Virus record (IMG/VR): IMGVR_UViG_3300031992_000029
Coordinates: 73,482 to 137,481 of that record
Length of the DNA stretch: 64,000 nucleotides
Origin: a virus
Lineage: Duplodnaviria > Caudoviricetes
Strand: one strand, 5' to 3'
Shown one piece after another: positions 1 to 11,500 of this stretch (positions are counted from its first letter, which is position 1; each line of letters opens with the position of its first letter). The notes below the pieces were generated by a model. The model was not told where the DNA came from, ran no database searches, and worked only from the letters and a program-made list of their open reading frames with translations. A program made the translations under genes and the position numbers.

Positions 1-2711
1 TTATAGTGGAGAATTGATCCGCCGTTGCAGTATCCGTCGAACTCTGCGGCGATTCTTACTCTCTCCTGACCAGTTGTTTGGATTCCGAGAGGAATGAACT
101 GATTGCCGTATAGAGGAAGATCATAAATGTTAGCTTCTGGATAGAAGAATTTATCTTTTTGCATTAACTTAGCAGCAGCGGATTCACCTGGGATTTGCTC
201 GGTGTTAATCATGTAGTCGCATCCGTATTTAGCAATGAATTCGTCTGCTGTTTGACGCATTGTCTTAAAGATCATATTGCCGAACCTTGACGCATCATCT
301 GTATAGAATGTGTTACCGAACTCGTCTAATTTTATATAACCAAATTTCTTCATTGTCTCGTATATTCCGATGAAGCCCACCGTGGAGTAGCAAGATTTGA
401 AGTCTATAAGATTATGATCAAAGTTGGGAAGTAGATGTTTGTCTACATTCCTACTGATGATATGTCTCACTCTATCGAGAGCGCACAGGTCAATCCACAC
501 TCTCTCTTTAAGAGCGTCCAGGTATTCTTCCTCACTAGATGTATCAAGCGCGATTCTTGCAAGGTTTACTGTAGACACCTTTATTGAGCCGACTTTTAAC
601 GCCGTCCCGCCAATTGAGTTAAAATACCCGAGGTCTTTGATATTCGATTTTAAACGACAGTTGTGTGTAATGATTCCATTTGGAAGTGTAAAGTACGGTT
701 CACTTTCAGGCATTTCAAAACAATAGCAGTATTCATCTGACGATTCAGATTCTTCTATTGATTTAATCTTGAAGTAAATCGAATTATTTCTTTTCACATA
801 CACATCAGATCTTGTTCTCTTGTTATGTGACTCGTACCATCTAATGCAGTAGACAGGATAGTTCCTACTAAAAGACTGTCCTCTAATAACTATGCTACCG
901 TCACCAGTTCTATCAGAGCGATCAATAATGCTTTGTAGGCCAAGGGAATTAAGAAGCACTTCAATATCTTCTACAAGTCCACTGGACGTTGTATAAATCC
1001 TGTTACTATTACCGCCGTCAGTCAGATAGTATCCATCTAAGATTCCTTTTCTGAATTCATAAGACTGAAGTAGGCAATCAAGATTTAACCTCTTCTCAAA
1101 ACAATACTTTCCAGAAACAAATTGCCTGATAAACATTGCAACCGTATTACTAGAAATCATTACGGGATAAACATTGTTGTAGGGAGTATAAAGTTTAAAA
1201 TCTTTAACCTCTCCGAGTTGATTTTTAGCAACATTAATTATCTCGCAAGACCTTTCGTACTTCTCTTGATTCAGCGACAATGAGACTCCGGTTGCGTATC
1301 CATCTTCGTCTTCATTACTCATTGAGCCGTCGCCAAGGTACATACCGATTAAATACCCCTGCTCGTATGTCAGACGATTATCTACCTCTTTAACGCTATT
1401 TAGCTCACAGTTATTGAAAAGCAAATAATCTTCCGTAGAGAGTTCTGTAGTAGGAATATCGCCTCTTAAAGTTGGATTTAAGTGATTATCTGTTACAATA
1501 ATTTCTTTATTATTTGCTGTTGTAATCTTATACATGGGTCTTTTAGGAAGCCTTATGGCCTTACCTTTTACCCATGATCCGTTATGATATACGGTGAAGT
1601 TTCTTTTCGTCTGGTTGTATGGGGCATCGTATAATTCTCTAAAGGTCATATAATTAACTCCGTTTGAGGACTTTGTTAAAACCTTTTGAGATCCATCAAA
1701 GCAACAGTTACTTAACGAACTAACGCTTGTGTCAACAAACAAGTTACTATCTGACCACTTCATATTGTGTGCAATTGCCCAGCGAGCAAATTCCTCGTCT
1801 ACGAACTTTCCGTCCTTTCTTAAAAGAGAAATTGTACTTACAGGGAATGTGAACATGTTTGTTGAGCGAATCTCAGACATGACTTCCATATACCATTTTT
1901 GGAACTCAATAATTTCTTCTTCGTAGTCAATCATGAATTCGCCGTTAGGAAATTCTGCGCCACCAAACAACGCTTCAAAGTACGGTCTGTCGAAGACTGA
2001 TGTATTAGTAAATGCTGACTGACTGCCGTCCCTTACGTATGGCTGGTTTACCGCATATATGAATCTTTGGCAGTTCTGTTTTGCGTAGTACTCTCCATTA
2101 TTACTTGACCTTATTCCGAGATAATCTTCGTCTAAATCCTTTTTCCAGAAATAGAACATGTAAGGAATAATGTTGGGCAGACCCACGGCGCCGCTAGTTC
2201 GATTACAAGCAAAACTAACAAATTCCTTAATAAAATCTACGAATGTGGTTAAATGATTGGCAGGGCATGCGTTCTGCCCATCAATAAAATATAGCCCTTT
2301 TTCTGCAAGATCTTTTAAATCGTAAGCGAAACAGTACGAGCGAAATGTTGAAGAACTCGCATCATGCATATAAAGCTGCCCGAGCCATTCAGCTTCAAGC
2401 CATCTATTCGCTGCTGCAAACCCAAACTTCTTCTTAATCTCGTAGTAAATCTTATTGAACGCAAGCAGTTTTTCATGCGGCTTAGGCATCTCCCTCTCAA
2501 GAGTAACAATGTCCTTATGGCTCACATTGCTATTTCCGTCGATACTAGCGTCCGCAACGGTATCTCTATCAACAAAGTTATCAATAAAGTCCGTGTAACT
2601 GATTTGCGCGTCGTCAAATCCGTTTAGCCTTGCAATATCTGTTCCGTATTTATCTTGTAACTGGTTATATTTTGCTGTAAAATTCTTATCTAAATTGATG
2701 TTAATTCTCAT
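1..2711 (-). CDS. nrdD: Anaerobic ribonucleoside-triphosphate reductase (class III), intein-containing; runs off the left window edge
   Basis: Manual translation from ATG at 2711: MRININLDKNF...LYMHDASSSTFRSYCFAYDL...CNRTSGAVGLPN...MFTFPVST...SLSNC[intein]CRLKSN...SIKVSTVNLARIA...PLYGNQFIPL. Absent from the ORF track because no stop codon lies in the window. Confidence 0.93.
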   Translation of the reverse strand, partial: MRININLDKNFTAKYNQLQDKYGTDIARLNGFDDAQISYTDFIDNFVDRDTVADASIDGNSNVSHKDIVTLEREMPKPHEKLLAFNKIYYEIKKKFGFAAANRWLEAEWLGQLYMHDASSSTFRSYCFAYDLKDLAEKGLYFIDGQNACPANHLTTFVDFIKEFVSFACNRTSGAVGLPNIIPYMFYFWKKDLDEDYLGIRSSNNGEYYAKQNCQRFIYAVNQPYVRDGSQSAFTNTSVFDRPYFEALFGGAEFPNGEFMIDYEEEIIEFQKWYMEVMSEIRSTNMFTFPVSTISLLRKDGKFVDEEFARWAIAHNMKWSDSNLFVDTSVSSLSNCCFDGSQKVLTKSSNGVNYMTFRELYDAPYNQTKRNFTVYHNGSWVKGKAIRLPKRPMYKITTANNKEIIVTDNHLNPTLRGDIPTTELSTEDYLLFNNCELNSVKEVDNRLTYEQGYLIGMYLGDGSMSNEDEDGYATGVSLSLNQEKYERSCEIINVAKNQLGEVKDFKLYTPYNNVYPVMISSNTVAMFIRQFVSGKYCFEKRLNLDCLLQSYEFRKGILDGYYLTDGGNSNRIYTTSSGLVEDIEVLLNSLGLQSIIDRSDRTGDGSIVIRGQSFSRNYPVYCIRWYESHNKRTRSDVYVKRNNSIYFKIKSIEESESSDEYCYCFEMPESEPYFTLPNGIITHNCRLKSNIKDLGYFNSIGGTALKVGSIKVSTVNLARIALDTSSEEEYLDALKERVWIDLCALDRVRHIISRNVDKHLLPNFDHNLIDFKSCYSTVGFIGIYETMKKFGYIKLDEFGNTFYTDDASRFGNMIFKTMRQTADEFIAKYGCDYMINTEQIPGESAAAKLMQKDKFFYPEANIYDLPLYGNQFIPLGIQTTGQERVRIAAEFDGYCNGGSILHY
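660..1703 (-). mobile_element. Intein with LAGLIDADG homing endonuclease (348 aa) in nrdD
   Basis: N-terminal CFDGSQKV, block B VTDNH, LAGLIDADG-like YLIGMYLGDG and GILDGYYLTDG, C-terminal IITHN followed by C; in frame, inserted in SNC|CRL. Confidence 0.93.
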
Positions 2712-2931
2712 GTTGACTTATCCATTTGTTTGCTTCGGAAAACTCCATGCATACGCCGTCAACCTCAAGAATCGGTGCTGTCATAAATCCCTTGGCAATC
2801 ATCAAATCTTCGTCATATACCTGAGAATATGTAATATGTTTTGCATCCATCTTCTTTTTAAGTACAGCGCATCTGGGGCATCCAGTGGTGTATAAAATTA
2901 TATTTTCCATTCCATTCATTCCTTTAGACAA
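2701..2931 (-). CDS. Glutaredoxin/NrdH-like redoxin
   Basis: LYTTGCPRC and TAPIL motifs; adjacent to nrdD. Confidence 0.85.
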   Translation of the reverse strand: MSKGMNGMENIILYTTGCPRCAVLKKKMDAKHITYSQVYDEDLMIAKGFMTAPILEVDGVCMEFSEANKWISQHEN

Positions 2932-3112
2932 CTACTACTCTTTCGAATTCACCAAGCGGATAAATACCTACCCACTGCTTTTTATTAATCACAACGAATA
3001 TTTTCCCGTCGTAATAATAATCTGTGTACTCGTCAGGGTCCCACGTATCTACATCACCGTTATTGTGATATACATATACGCTTCTTTTCTTTGCCTTTTT
3101 ATCCTTTTTCAT
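2924..3112 (-). CDS. Hypothetical protein
   Basis: Fills the gap between phoH and glutaredoxin, overlapping the latter. Confidence 0.6.
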   Translation of the reverse strand: MKKDKKAKKRSVYVYHNNGDVDTWDPDEYTDYYYDGKIFVVINKKQWVGIYPLGEFERVVVV

Positions 3113-3114
3113 TA

Positions 3115-3825
3115 TTACTCCTCAAGATTATCAGCGTGTTGACTAACCCAACCTCTATAATTAGTCGTAAGTTCACAAATCCGGGCTCTCTCCTGCCCCT
3201 CGAAATGTTTAATATACTTATCAAACCCACTGAGATTCTTATTTGCAAGGTCACACTGTAGTGTATGTCCTATAACTATTACTTTTGTGTTGTCTTTCAC
3301 CCTAGTAAGCACAGTTTTCAACTGTGAAACTGTAAAATTCTGAGCCTCGTCTATAATTACAACAGCGTCATCAAGATTTACACCTCTCATAAACGTATCT
3401 GTCATACATGTGATGTGTGCAGATCCGTTTTTACTCGAATCAATGCCGTCATAATCCTTAACTGCGACGTGTGGCATCACGTTACATGTTATTAAAGCCT
3501 CAAAAAACGGTGTAAAATACACAGAAGACTTCTGCGACATGTCACCAGGCAGATACCCTTGCTTTCTTTCGCCATATGGAGACACAATATATATGATTTC
3601 GTTGTATTTTCCGTGTTGGACAAGCAATTCAGCCACCCCCGTAGCTATTGTTGTCTTGCCAGTACCGGCTTTTGCATTACAAAACACTATATCGTTGTCA
3701 TCTTCCCATATAGAATTGGCAAAATATGCCTGATTCTCATCCAATCTCATTCCGTAGAAGAAATTTGTGTCAAATCTTTCTGGTTCTTTGTATTTTTCGA
3801 CCACACTTTTCTTTTTACTAGCCAA
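3115..3825 (-). CDS. phoH: PhoH-family ATPase
   Basis: AKAGTGKT, GYLPG, FMRG, IIDEAQN, LTRV, GHTLQCD motifs. Confidence 0.92.
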   Translation of the reverse strand: MASKKKSVVEKYKEPERFDTNFFYGMRLDENQAYFANSIWEDDNDIVFCNAKAGTGKTTIATGVAELLVQHGKYNEIIYIVSPYGERKQGYLPGDMSQKSSVYFTPFFEALITCNVMPHVAVKDYDGIDSSKNGSAHITCMTDTFMRGVNLDDAVVIIDEAQNFTVSQLKTVLTRVKDNTKVIVIGHTLQCDLANKNLSGFDKYIKHFEGQERARICELTTNYRGWVSQHADNLEE

Positions 3826-3840
3826 AATTGATCGCCCCCT

Positions 3841-4476
3841 TTATAAAATTTCATCAAGCGAGCAATCTTTGCCAATGATATAGTCGACTACGCCCTTTTC
3901 TTTGGCCTCATCGGCAAACATATACCATTCGACTCTCTTTTTTGACTCGTATTCCTCCTCTGTAATCGAAGTTCTTTCGAGAATATAGCCCTTTATCCTA
4001 TCATTTGCCTTTACCATGAACTCAACTTCGTCCTGTACCTTAAGTTGAGACCCCATAGACATACCGGACCCATCATGAATAAGAAACCTCGTATTCTCGA
4101 ATGCGTAGCGTTTATGGCCTGCCATATTAATAAGTGATCCCATGCTGTACGAGTATCCAGCGTTGATAATATACACAGGTGTTTTGCTCTGTAGGATCAA
4201 ATCAATAATCTGGAACCCTGTTTCTTCTTCGCCACCAGCCGTTGAAAGAAAAATCTTAATCGGAACCCTTTCTTCGACCGGAATGCCGGCATCATCCTTA
4301 TTAAATCTTAGAATATTTCTAATTGCCTCTTTCACAGATAAACTTTCGCTCATGATGTTCGAGTCAAGAAAGATAATTCTGTTTTTAATATCCTTAATTT
4401 CTAGTGAATCCCAGAAATCACAATTCTTCTTCGGAATTTTGTAATCGAAATATCCTTTTTCAGTAGTCTCTGCCAT
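3841..4476 (-). CDS. ClpP-like protease
   Basis: RIIFL, STAGG, YSMGS (catalytic Ser), FLIHD, EAKEKGVVD. Confidence 0.88.
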   Translation of the reverse strand: MAETTEKGYFDYKIPKKNCDFWDSLEIKDIKNRIIFLDSNIMSESLSVKEAIRNILRFNKDDAGIPVEERVPIKIFLSTAGGEEETGFQIIDLILQSKTPVYIINAGYSYSMGSLINMAGHKRYAFENTRFLIHDGSGMSMGSQLKVQDEVEFMVKANDRIKGYILERTSITEEEYESKKRVEWYMFADEAKEKGVVDYIIGKDCSLDEIL

Positions 4477-5020
4477 ATATAATGTTCTCCTCAACGAATT
4501 TAGTTATTTTTGCCCGTAAATCTTCAAGAGAACCATCGTTAATGATAGTGTAATCCGGCTCTACATCATCTAAAGCGGTCTCAGAGATATGGGCATTTTG
4601 TTTTTTAGTAAGCCCGTTATCAAAATCAGGTCTTACAACACGAAGATGTGTCGTAAAGAAGCCATTATTCCTGAGGCATTCAATCTCGTTTGGAAATCTG
4701 GTATCTGGTATAAGGACAAAGTCCCATTCGCTTCCAAAGAAGTTAAGCATATCAACTATGAAGTAACACCAGTAGTCAGTAACTTTGCTCCTTACTACAT
4801 CTGTACCTACATACTGTAGGAGAGCCCTTCCTTTATCATCTTTTCTGCCATCCCAGTCGAAAAAATTCTTACATACATATTTTACAAGGTCGCCGTAGTG
4901 GGTGATTAGCACCCTGTATCCATGATCTGTGAGGTATTCATTCAACATCTCTGCGCAGGTATCTTTTCCGTGCCTGGCCTTACCAGAAATGGGAATTACC
5001 CTCAATATAACCACCTCCAT
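4460..5020 (-). CDS. Deoxynucleoside monophosphate kinase-like P-loop protein
   Basis: ISGKARHGKDT, RALLQYVGTDVVR, DTRFPNE, HISE. Confidence 0.82.
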   Translation of the reverse strand: MEVVILRVIPISGKARHGKDTCAEMLNEYLTDHGYRVLITHYGDLVKYVCKNFFDWDGRKDDKGRALLQYVGTDVVRSKVTDYWCYFIVDMLNFFGSEWDFVLIPDTRFPNEIECLRNNGFFTTHLRVVRPDFDNGLTKKQNAHISETALDDVEPDYTIINDGSLEDLRAKITKFVEENIIYGRDY

Positions 5021-5163
5021 TTGATTTTTATTTGTGCGTAGCGAGCCGGATCTATATAACTTACGCTACGCACACACTCAGTTAACGCTTCTATATAAAT
5101 TAAACGTGGTGTCTTGTGAGAGGAGCCGAAACACCACACTCAATTTCATCGCTTCTTATATTT

Positions 5164-5670
5164 TTAAAACGAAATAGCAGTAGTTGTTTTTCTGCTTGTG
5201 CAATACGATACTTTATAGTCCGTTTCTGCAAACACGTTCTTGGCAATAGTCTGATATAGCGTAGAACAAATGCCGTTTGCGTCAAGTAAGCTATCATTAA
5301 AGTATTGAACTACTTCCTTTGCGAAAATTACATACGTAATTTTCCCCATAAACGGCGTATCAATTTCTCTAACCGAATCAACTACAGGATTTCCTCTAAA
5401 TGCAAGCCTGTATAGATTGTCATTCGGCATACCGAAGATTTCGTTAGACGGGATAACTGTGATTTTTAGAATAAGAGCACCAAAAACCTTTTCCTCTGGA
5501 AGAAGTTTTGAAAGCGCATATGCTTTTGCTGGATTGTCTACATATAATTTGATTTCTGGCGCTTCTTCATCGTAAACAATTGTAATTTCCCTGTCCCTTT
5601 CAAACAGACATGTAAGTTCTTTGTAATAAATATTCCATGGTGAACATAATTTAAGCGTTGCCATATACAA
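5164..5670 (-). CDS. Hypothetical phage protein
   Basis: 168-aa ORF in the operon with RBS. Confidence 0.7.
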   Translation of the reverse strand: MYMATLKLCSPWNIYYKELTCLFERDREITIVYDEEAPEIKLYVDNPAKAYALSKLLPEEKVFGALILKITVIPSNEIFGMPNDNLYRLAFRGNPVVDSVREIDTPFMGKITYVIFAKEVVQYFNDSLLDANGICSTLYQTIAKNVFAETDYKVSYCTSRKTTTAISF

Positions 5671-5684
5671 TCTCCATTGTTTTT

Positions 5685-5921
5685 TTAGTCGTAATATTCA
5701 ATTTTTATAATTGGTGTATCGCTCTCATAATATTCCAATATTCCAGGCCCGTAATAATCTATGAACGATAGTTGCTCACCAACAACTGCATTAATGGAAG
5801 ACTCGTCGATCTCATTTAGATTCCAATGATTTCCTTTATGCCTGGTACACCACGCTTCGTTATCACGGTAGTGAAAATAAAATCTTGTTCCATCTTTAAC
5901 ATACACTGTCATCGTTCTCAC
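5685..5921 (-). CDS. Hypothetical protein
   Basis: ORF in the operon. Confidence 0.6.
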   Translation of the reverse strand: MRTMTVYVKDGTRFYFHYRDNEAWCTRHKGNHWNLNEIDESSINAVVGEQLSFIDYYGPGILEYYESDTPIIKIEYYD

Positions 5922-5932
5922 TATAAAACCCT

Positions 5933-6306
5933 CTAATACATAATGACCATTAATGGATTATTATACTTTTTACTTAATTCGATATTGTATTGTGTCCCCT
6001 TAGATTTACCATCCCAGAAAAGCACATATCCTCTGTTCTTAAATCCAGATATAAACTGATGCATTTTTCATTTCTAATAAACCCGGCACTCTTCCCGTAC
6101 TTGTCCCATTCCGCTTTAAACTCTACGAACTCTAACCCATTATCTTTTGCATATCGCTCAGCTAATGTATCAGCTCCTCTCGCGCCGCCAGATACGATAC
6201 AAATATTGTCACCGTACCTGGCAGTTAACCGCCTTATTTCTTTGGAAAGGAGGTCGTAGTCGTAAAATGTTCGCGTTCCTGCAACTAAAAGGTAAAATTT
6301 CTCCAT
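5933..6306 (-). pseudogene. SLOG/YspA (DUF2493-like) protein with a frameshift near 6065 (probably a one-base sequencing error)
   Basis: VAGTR, VSGGARGAD, WDKYGKSAGFIRN, then MHQFIS...FWDGKSKGT continues in the -1 frame after GAAAAATG. Confidence 0.75.
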
Positions 6307-6322
6307 ATTTTCGTGAATAAAA

Positions 6323-6952
6323 TTAGTCTTTTGTATTGCTTGTAATCAGCTCAGAATGCGGAAGAAGTTCAATCCACTCACAAAATCTGCGCCATTCTGG
6401 TAATCTATGGTTCTTTCTTTGTGCATAAATCGTCTTTAACTGTCTATAATTCGTAGTCATCCTAGCGGTGAGTTCAAATCCTGCCGGGTTTGAATAAATG
6501 ATTTCAAGATACTTTTCAGTAATATCATTCTTGTTAGCCTTCGCCTCAACCATCTCGTTATATTCGTTTACTTTCTTCTGCATTATTTCAACGATATCTG
6601 GATCAACATACTGGTTATAAGAGTTTCGAAGATTGAACTTTGTAATTCTGTGCATTGTGCTTTGCGAACTTACAAAGTCAAAGAAGTGATATCTTTCAGC
6701 CTCTACCCACGCTTTATTACTGAACTTCAAATCAAACTGTACTACCACACCTGTAAGCCATTGGTCGTGCCCAGCTCCTCTCTCCGCCTGTGCGAGAGAT
6801 TTAATTCCGTTAGTGAGCTCAAAATTAATCGAGTCTATGTCAGTCGACATTGGGAACTTAGCACCTCTAATGCTGTTATTAAGCCCATATACCGCTGCAT
6901 TTGTCACCGGTCCATAACTAAGTACATCAATAACGTCTTGTTCTTTTACCAC
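6323..6952 (-). CDS. ThyX-like (FAD-dependent thymidylate synthase-like) phage protein
   Basis: ERYHFFDFVSSQSTMH...NYRQLKTIYAQRKNHRLPEW resembles divergent phage ThyX. Confidence 0.6.
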   Translation of the reverse strand: MVKEQDVIDVLSYGPVTNAAVYGLNNSIRGAKFPMSTDIDSINFELTNGIKSLAQAERGAGHDQWLTGVVVQFDLKFSNKAWVEAERYHFFDFVSSQSTMHRITKFNLRNSYNQYVDPDIVEIMQKKVNEYNEMVEAKANKNDITEKYLEIIYSNPAGFELTARMTTNYRQLKTIYAQRKNHRLPEWRRFCEWIELLPHSELITSNTKD

Positions 6953-7063
6953 ATAACCCCTCCTGTCAATTCTCGGCTGACCAAATGAAGAGCCAGCCGA
7001 TATATGTAATGTTTATTTTTATAGTGACTTAGTAAAAAAATAGAACTGTTGTTTTATATGTAT

Positions 7064-7092
7064 ATTATACCATATTTGTAGCAATTTGTCAA
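7064..7092 (-). promoter_or_regulatory. SigmaA-type promoter
   Basis: TTGACA-17-TATAAT on the minus strand. Confidence 0.85.
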
Positions 7093-7106
7093 CACAAATC
7101 TAATAT

Positions 7107-8078
7107 TTACAGATTAACCTTTACGTATCCGCCGCTGTTAGACCATCCTGACCATACCGGTGTATCTTTTGGGTTTGCACTTGCAGTCGGAATATGGTCG
7201 CACAAATCCATAAGATCTACCCATCTAGGCCCCTTACTTCCAGAATCGAGTAGAAATGCCTTACCATCATCTCTCATCTTGACAAGTAATGAATAATGGT
7301 TTGCTCTGGTATACCTCTTATCTTCTACGCCTGTTTTCTTTGACTTGCTGACGAGTGACACTATGACAGGCATTCCCTTTGCAAGATGTTCCTTAATATC
7401 ATTATACGAATACTGTGTGTTGAACTGGTTTACTCTTGTCGAATCGATGCCGACGCTCTTAAGCATCTTCTGACATGCACCAATACTGATTGGACATTTA
7501 GCTGTCCCTGTAACTGATGCAAGTTTATTCTTATAGTATGCAACAGGCATAATACTGTCATCAGCAAATGTAGCCATAACAGCCAACGCAGAACACATTC
7601 CGCAACCAGATCCAGATATGTTGGCAATACCCTGTGCGTGCTGGTCAAACCCAATATACTTTTTCATGCCACGGGCTGTACTTGTCTCATTAGTTACATA
7701 CCTCTTTCCGCCATTATCTTTCTTTACACTTGTAATATTTGTGTGCAGATCTTTTGTAGCGTTAACACGCCACATCACAATATCATAGTCATCGCCAAGT
7801 GCTTCTTTTCTTTCCTTATCATTTCCGTATTTTCCGGCCCACACATCTTCAGCTGTCTGAACTACCCAAGTAACCTTTTTCTGTACTTCATCATAATAAA
7901 TTCCGAGAAAGTTCTTTCTTTCGTCGCCTTTACCGGCGCGGTCTTCAAGTACGAACTGTGCTAGAATTCTAATAAGATTATCATGGTCGCTAAGTATCTC
8001 ATTTACAGCTTCTGATATCGTAGGCCAATTAGACTCTGTGATACCATTCGTTAAAATTAACTCAATAATACCCATCAA
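7107..8078 (-). CDS. Cell-wall hydrolase-like protein: CW_7 (Cpl-7) repeat plus C39-like peptidase
   Basis: AEDVWAGKYGNDKERKEALG (CW_7); SGCGMCS, NHYSLL, LLDSG catalytic residues. Confidence 0.7.
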   Translation of the reverse strand: MMGIIELILTNGITESNWPTISEAVNEILSDHDNLIRILAQFVLEDRAGKGDERKNFLGIYYDEVQKKVTWVVQTAEDVWAGKYGNDKERKEALGDDYDIVMWRVNATKDLHTNITSVKKDNGGKRYVTNETSTARGMKKYIGFDQHAQGIANISGSGCGMCSALAVMATFADDSIMPVAYYKNKLASVTGTAKCPISIGACQKMLKSVGIDSTRVNQFNTQYSYNDIKEHLAKGMPVIVSLVSKSKKTGVEDKRYTRANHYSLLVKMRDDGKAFLLDSGSKGPRWVDLMDLCDHIPTASANPKDTPVWSGWSNSGGYVKVNL

Positions 8079-8092
8079 TTTCCTCCAATATA

Positions 8093-8545
8093 TTAATCAT
8101 TTTGGTCAGGGCCGAATCCACTAATAAAATCGTACAAATCGTCGTTGCCAGATTCAACAACACTATATAACTCGTCGTCGAATGGAAGTTTAGATTCTAC
8201 TTGTGCTTTCATTTTTCTGCCATACGACCCGGCCCTGCCAGCGTTCTCATATAATATCTCGTCTACATCTCCTTGTTTTCCCTGTCTAACACCTCTAAAC
8301 ACGATAGAGCTGTTAGTATTTGGAAATGTAAGTTTACCGCCATGTACACCAGATACAGCGTAACCTACACGTATGTTATATCTGTGAATAAGATCAATGT
8401 TATCCCTTACAAAACGCTGCCTAACTGACATTGCGAGACCGGCCTTATCCGTAATAACTTCGATATTAAGCGGCTTCTCTGCGCAACGTTTTACAGCGTC
8501 GATTAATAAATCATTTGTAAAAATATCTACTGCTTCTATAGCCAT
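8093..8545 (-). CDS. Hypothetical protein
   Basis: ORF directly after dnaE; start reassigned to MAIEAV. Confidence 0.6.
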   Translation of the reverse strand: MAIEAVDIFTNDLLIDAVKRCAEKPLNIEVITDKAGLAMSVRQRFVRDNIDLIHRYNIRVGYAVSGVHGGKLTFPNTNSSIVFRGVRQGKQGDVDEILYENAGRAGSYGRKMKAQVESKLPFDDELYSVVESGNDDLYDFISGFGPDQND

Positions 8546-8549
8546 ATAT

Positions 8550-11500
8550 TTAAAAATCCTTATAGTATGAATTGAGTGTAAAGTATATACCATCCCTGGT
8601 AAACGATTTACAGAAAATAATATCTCCCTTTTTAATCGGATCTTTATTAAACACCCTATTAAATACTGTAAACCTACTTTCTTTACCACTGCCTATTGAC
8701 TTTGTTATAATCGAATACCCAAACTGTTTACCGTCTCTTTTTCTACAAAGAGGATAAATGTCCAAGACAAATAGTTTTTGCCTATCCTCATCTTTTCCTG
8801 TTGAATATCCGTAATACCCCATTAGTTCATAGAAATTCTGTATCTTAATTTTGACGTCAAGGTCGTCCATTCCTACAGACTTAACAGCATCTTCGTATTC
8901 TCTTAAAATCCCCATTGGGTCAAGGACAGTATATGATTTTGCCATATCTCCGTTCTTTGTCCTGTTAGTGGAATACTTTTTAATTATTCCCTCTATAATC
9001 AGGCCGTCAACCGTATCTATCTTTATCTTCTTTACAGCGCCTTTCTTCATAAGATTGCTATAAAAGAAGTCATATATTCTCAACAGCTCTCGCTGATTCC
9101 CAAACTCACTAAAGAAATCTATTTTAATAAGTATTCCAACTTGTCTTGAGTCTATACTCGACCCGGCGTCCATATGTGCTAATAGGTCTACAAATCTGTC
9201 ATATGTTCTCTCTTTCGACATATCATATAGCTCTTCCGCCAGGCCATCTCCCATATACTTTATAGAAGTTATTCCTTTAGCAATAATTTTTTTATCTTTA
9301 TCAAAGAAATAATGGCTCTTTGATAATCCCCATTTTGGCATTGTGATTTTAATACCGACTTTATTCGCGTATGCCGTTCCGTTCTTAATGTCATCTTCAT
9401 TGGCGGCATTATTTAAGAACGAGGTTATGAATTCGATCGGATAGTAGTGTCTGTAATACGCACATAAATATCCTAACAAGCAATATGCAATTGAGTGATT
9501 ATAACCAAACTGATAGCTTGCACTATCTTCAATAATCCGAAGAAACTCTTTCGCTTCTTCCTCTGCATCTGCTCTATCTTTTGAAGACTTACTACAGTAC
9601 CCCTCAAGTATTGACGGCATTGCCTTGTCTAATCTATCTTTTTGTTTACGACCGATAGCTCGCCTGACATTATCCGCCTCACTACCAGACAATCCACAGA
9701 TTTCCTGCAAAAATTTAATTGTGTCTTCTTGATAAATTAAGTACCCAAGGTTATCTTTAAGCAATCCGTCGATAATATCTGATGGGTTTTTATGTATCTT
9801 CCTTGCTAGTAGGTCATCTCTGTATGATGTGCCAGAAGGTCTTATACAGGCTGTCACAATCGACATATCGAAAATACTATGTGGCTCAAACCGTCTTAAA
9901 CACTCTGCCGCAAACGCACCTTCAAACTGAAATATACCAACCGGACTGCTTAACATATCGCTCCACACTGCTTGGTCATCCCAGTTTACTTCATGAGTTT
10001 TTGGATATGGAATTCCGATATACTCGCATGTATCTTTTATAACTTGCACCGTCTTTAATACTAAAAAATCATATTTTGCAAGACCGGTAAAATCATGTAC
10101 GTTCTCCATATCGAGCATCAGACATATATCGCCATCTTTATCAAAGCACCCAAAGTTATCGTCAAGCGTAATTGGACTAATAACCATACCTGCTGGATGC
10201 ACTGACTGAGAAACCTTTGTCCCAACAAGACCATCGAGATAATAAAATAGGTCTGGATACTTCTCCTTTGTCTTCTCTGGATTTGATGCGTATTCATCCT
10301 TGATCTCAGCTATATTCTTCAAAGACCACGGATTCCCTGCTTCCGAACCTGGATTTTCTTTTAGCCATTTCTTCGCCAGGTATCTTCCTACATCCTCGAT
10401 GACCTTTTTATCAAGGGCTGTGCCAAATGATGCTACCCTTGCTGTCTTTTCCTTACCAAACCTACCTACTATATATTCAAAGATTTTTGGTCTGTCCGGT
10501 TCGGTACAGTCTATGTCAATATCACCGATCTCCTTACGATCTTCATTAGCGAATCTTGAGAACACTGTATGCCACTGTTCCGGGTTAAGGTCTGTAATGT
10601 CTGTGACATATGCCGCTCTAGACCCTCCAACAGAACCTCTTGCTGGCCCGAGCGGTATTCCGTTATCCTTACACCAACAAGTAAGCTCACTCATTGAAAG
10701 CATGAATCCCATCATTTCAAGTTTCTTAAAAACCCTCATTTCTTCTGGAATTGCAGTCTCAAATCCAGCAACTTGTTCTTGCGTAATTATACCGCGCTCG
10801 ACCTTTTCCTTAAATTTTTCCTGCACAACCTGTTCGAACTTTTTCTCGTCTGCTTCACGGCTACCATATAGTATTGGATATTTTATAGATGTATCTAATT
10901 CGATATCCTCAACTAAGTCATACAACATATTAGTATTTTCGATAGCTGACATATACTCTTCGCTGCTTAGAGCGCCCTGAATCCTAAACATCTCGACTAA
11001 TTCGTCGTATGTTTTATATGTAAGGTCAAGAGAGTCTTCGTCGCCGTAAGATTTACCCTTTGACGCAATCAGTACTCTTCTGCATTCCTCTTTATATTTC
11101 GTAGAACTATGGGTGTCAGTCCCTGCTATAAGAGGCTTATTTAATTGCCTCGATAGCTTTGCGAGTTTCCTATTAAATGCAATCTGGTCAGGATGGTTAT
11201 GCCCTTGTACTTCAAGAAAATCGTACTTTTCGGCAAGTCTCATATACATAGGATGATCTTCTGGCAATCTGTTTAAAGGGGATGCTAAACAGGCGCTCGT
11301 AGATATTATGTTGTCAGAAATACCAAGAAATTCTTCGAACGTAATTCTATTGTTATAGTAGAAATGGTCTGGATCACATGATTTCGTAACGAGCATGTTA
11401 AGTTCTTTGACGCCGTCCATGTTTTTTGCCATCAAAACAGTATGATAATTATCTCTTACTTTTGGCTCAAGGTTTTCGGTCATGTAAATCTCTACAGAAT

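Noticed and set aside
6055-6075. Programmed frameshift in the SLOG gene
   Set aside because: One missing A in an A-run with no canonical slippery heptamer. A similar defect occurs near 21690 (ORF 21619-21825 continues as a paralog of 20479-20715), so sequencing error or decay is more likely.
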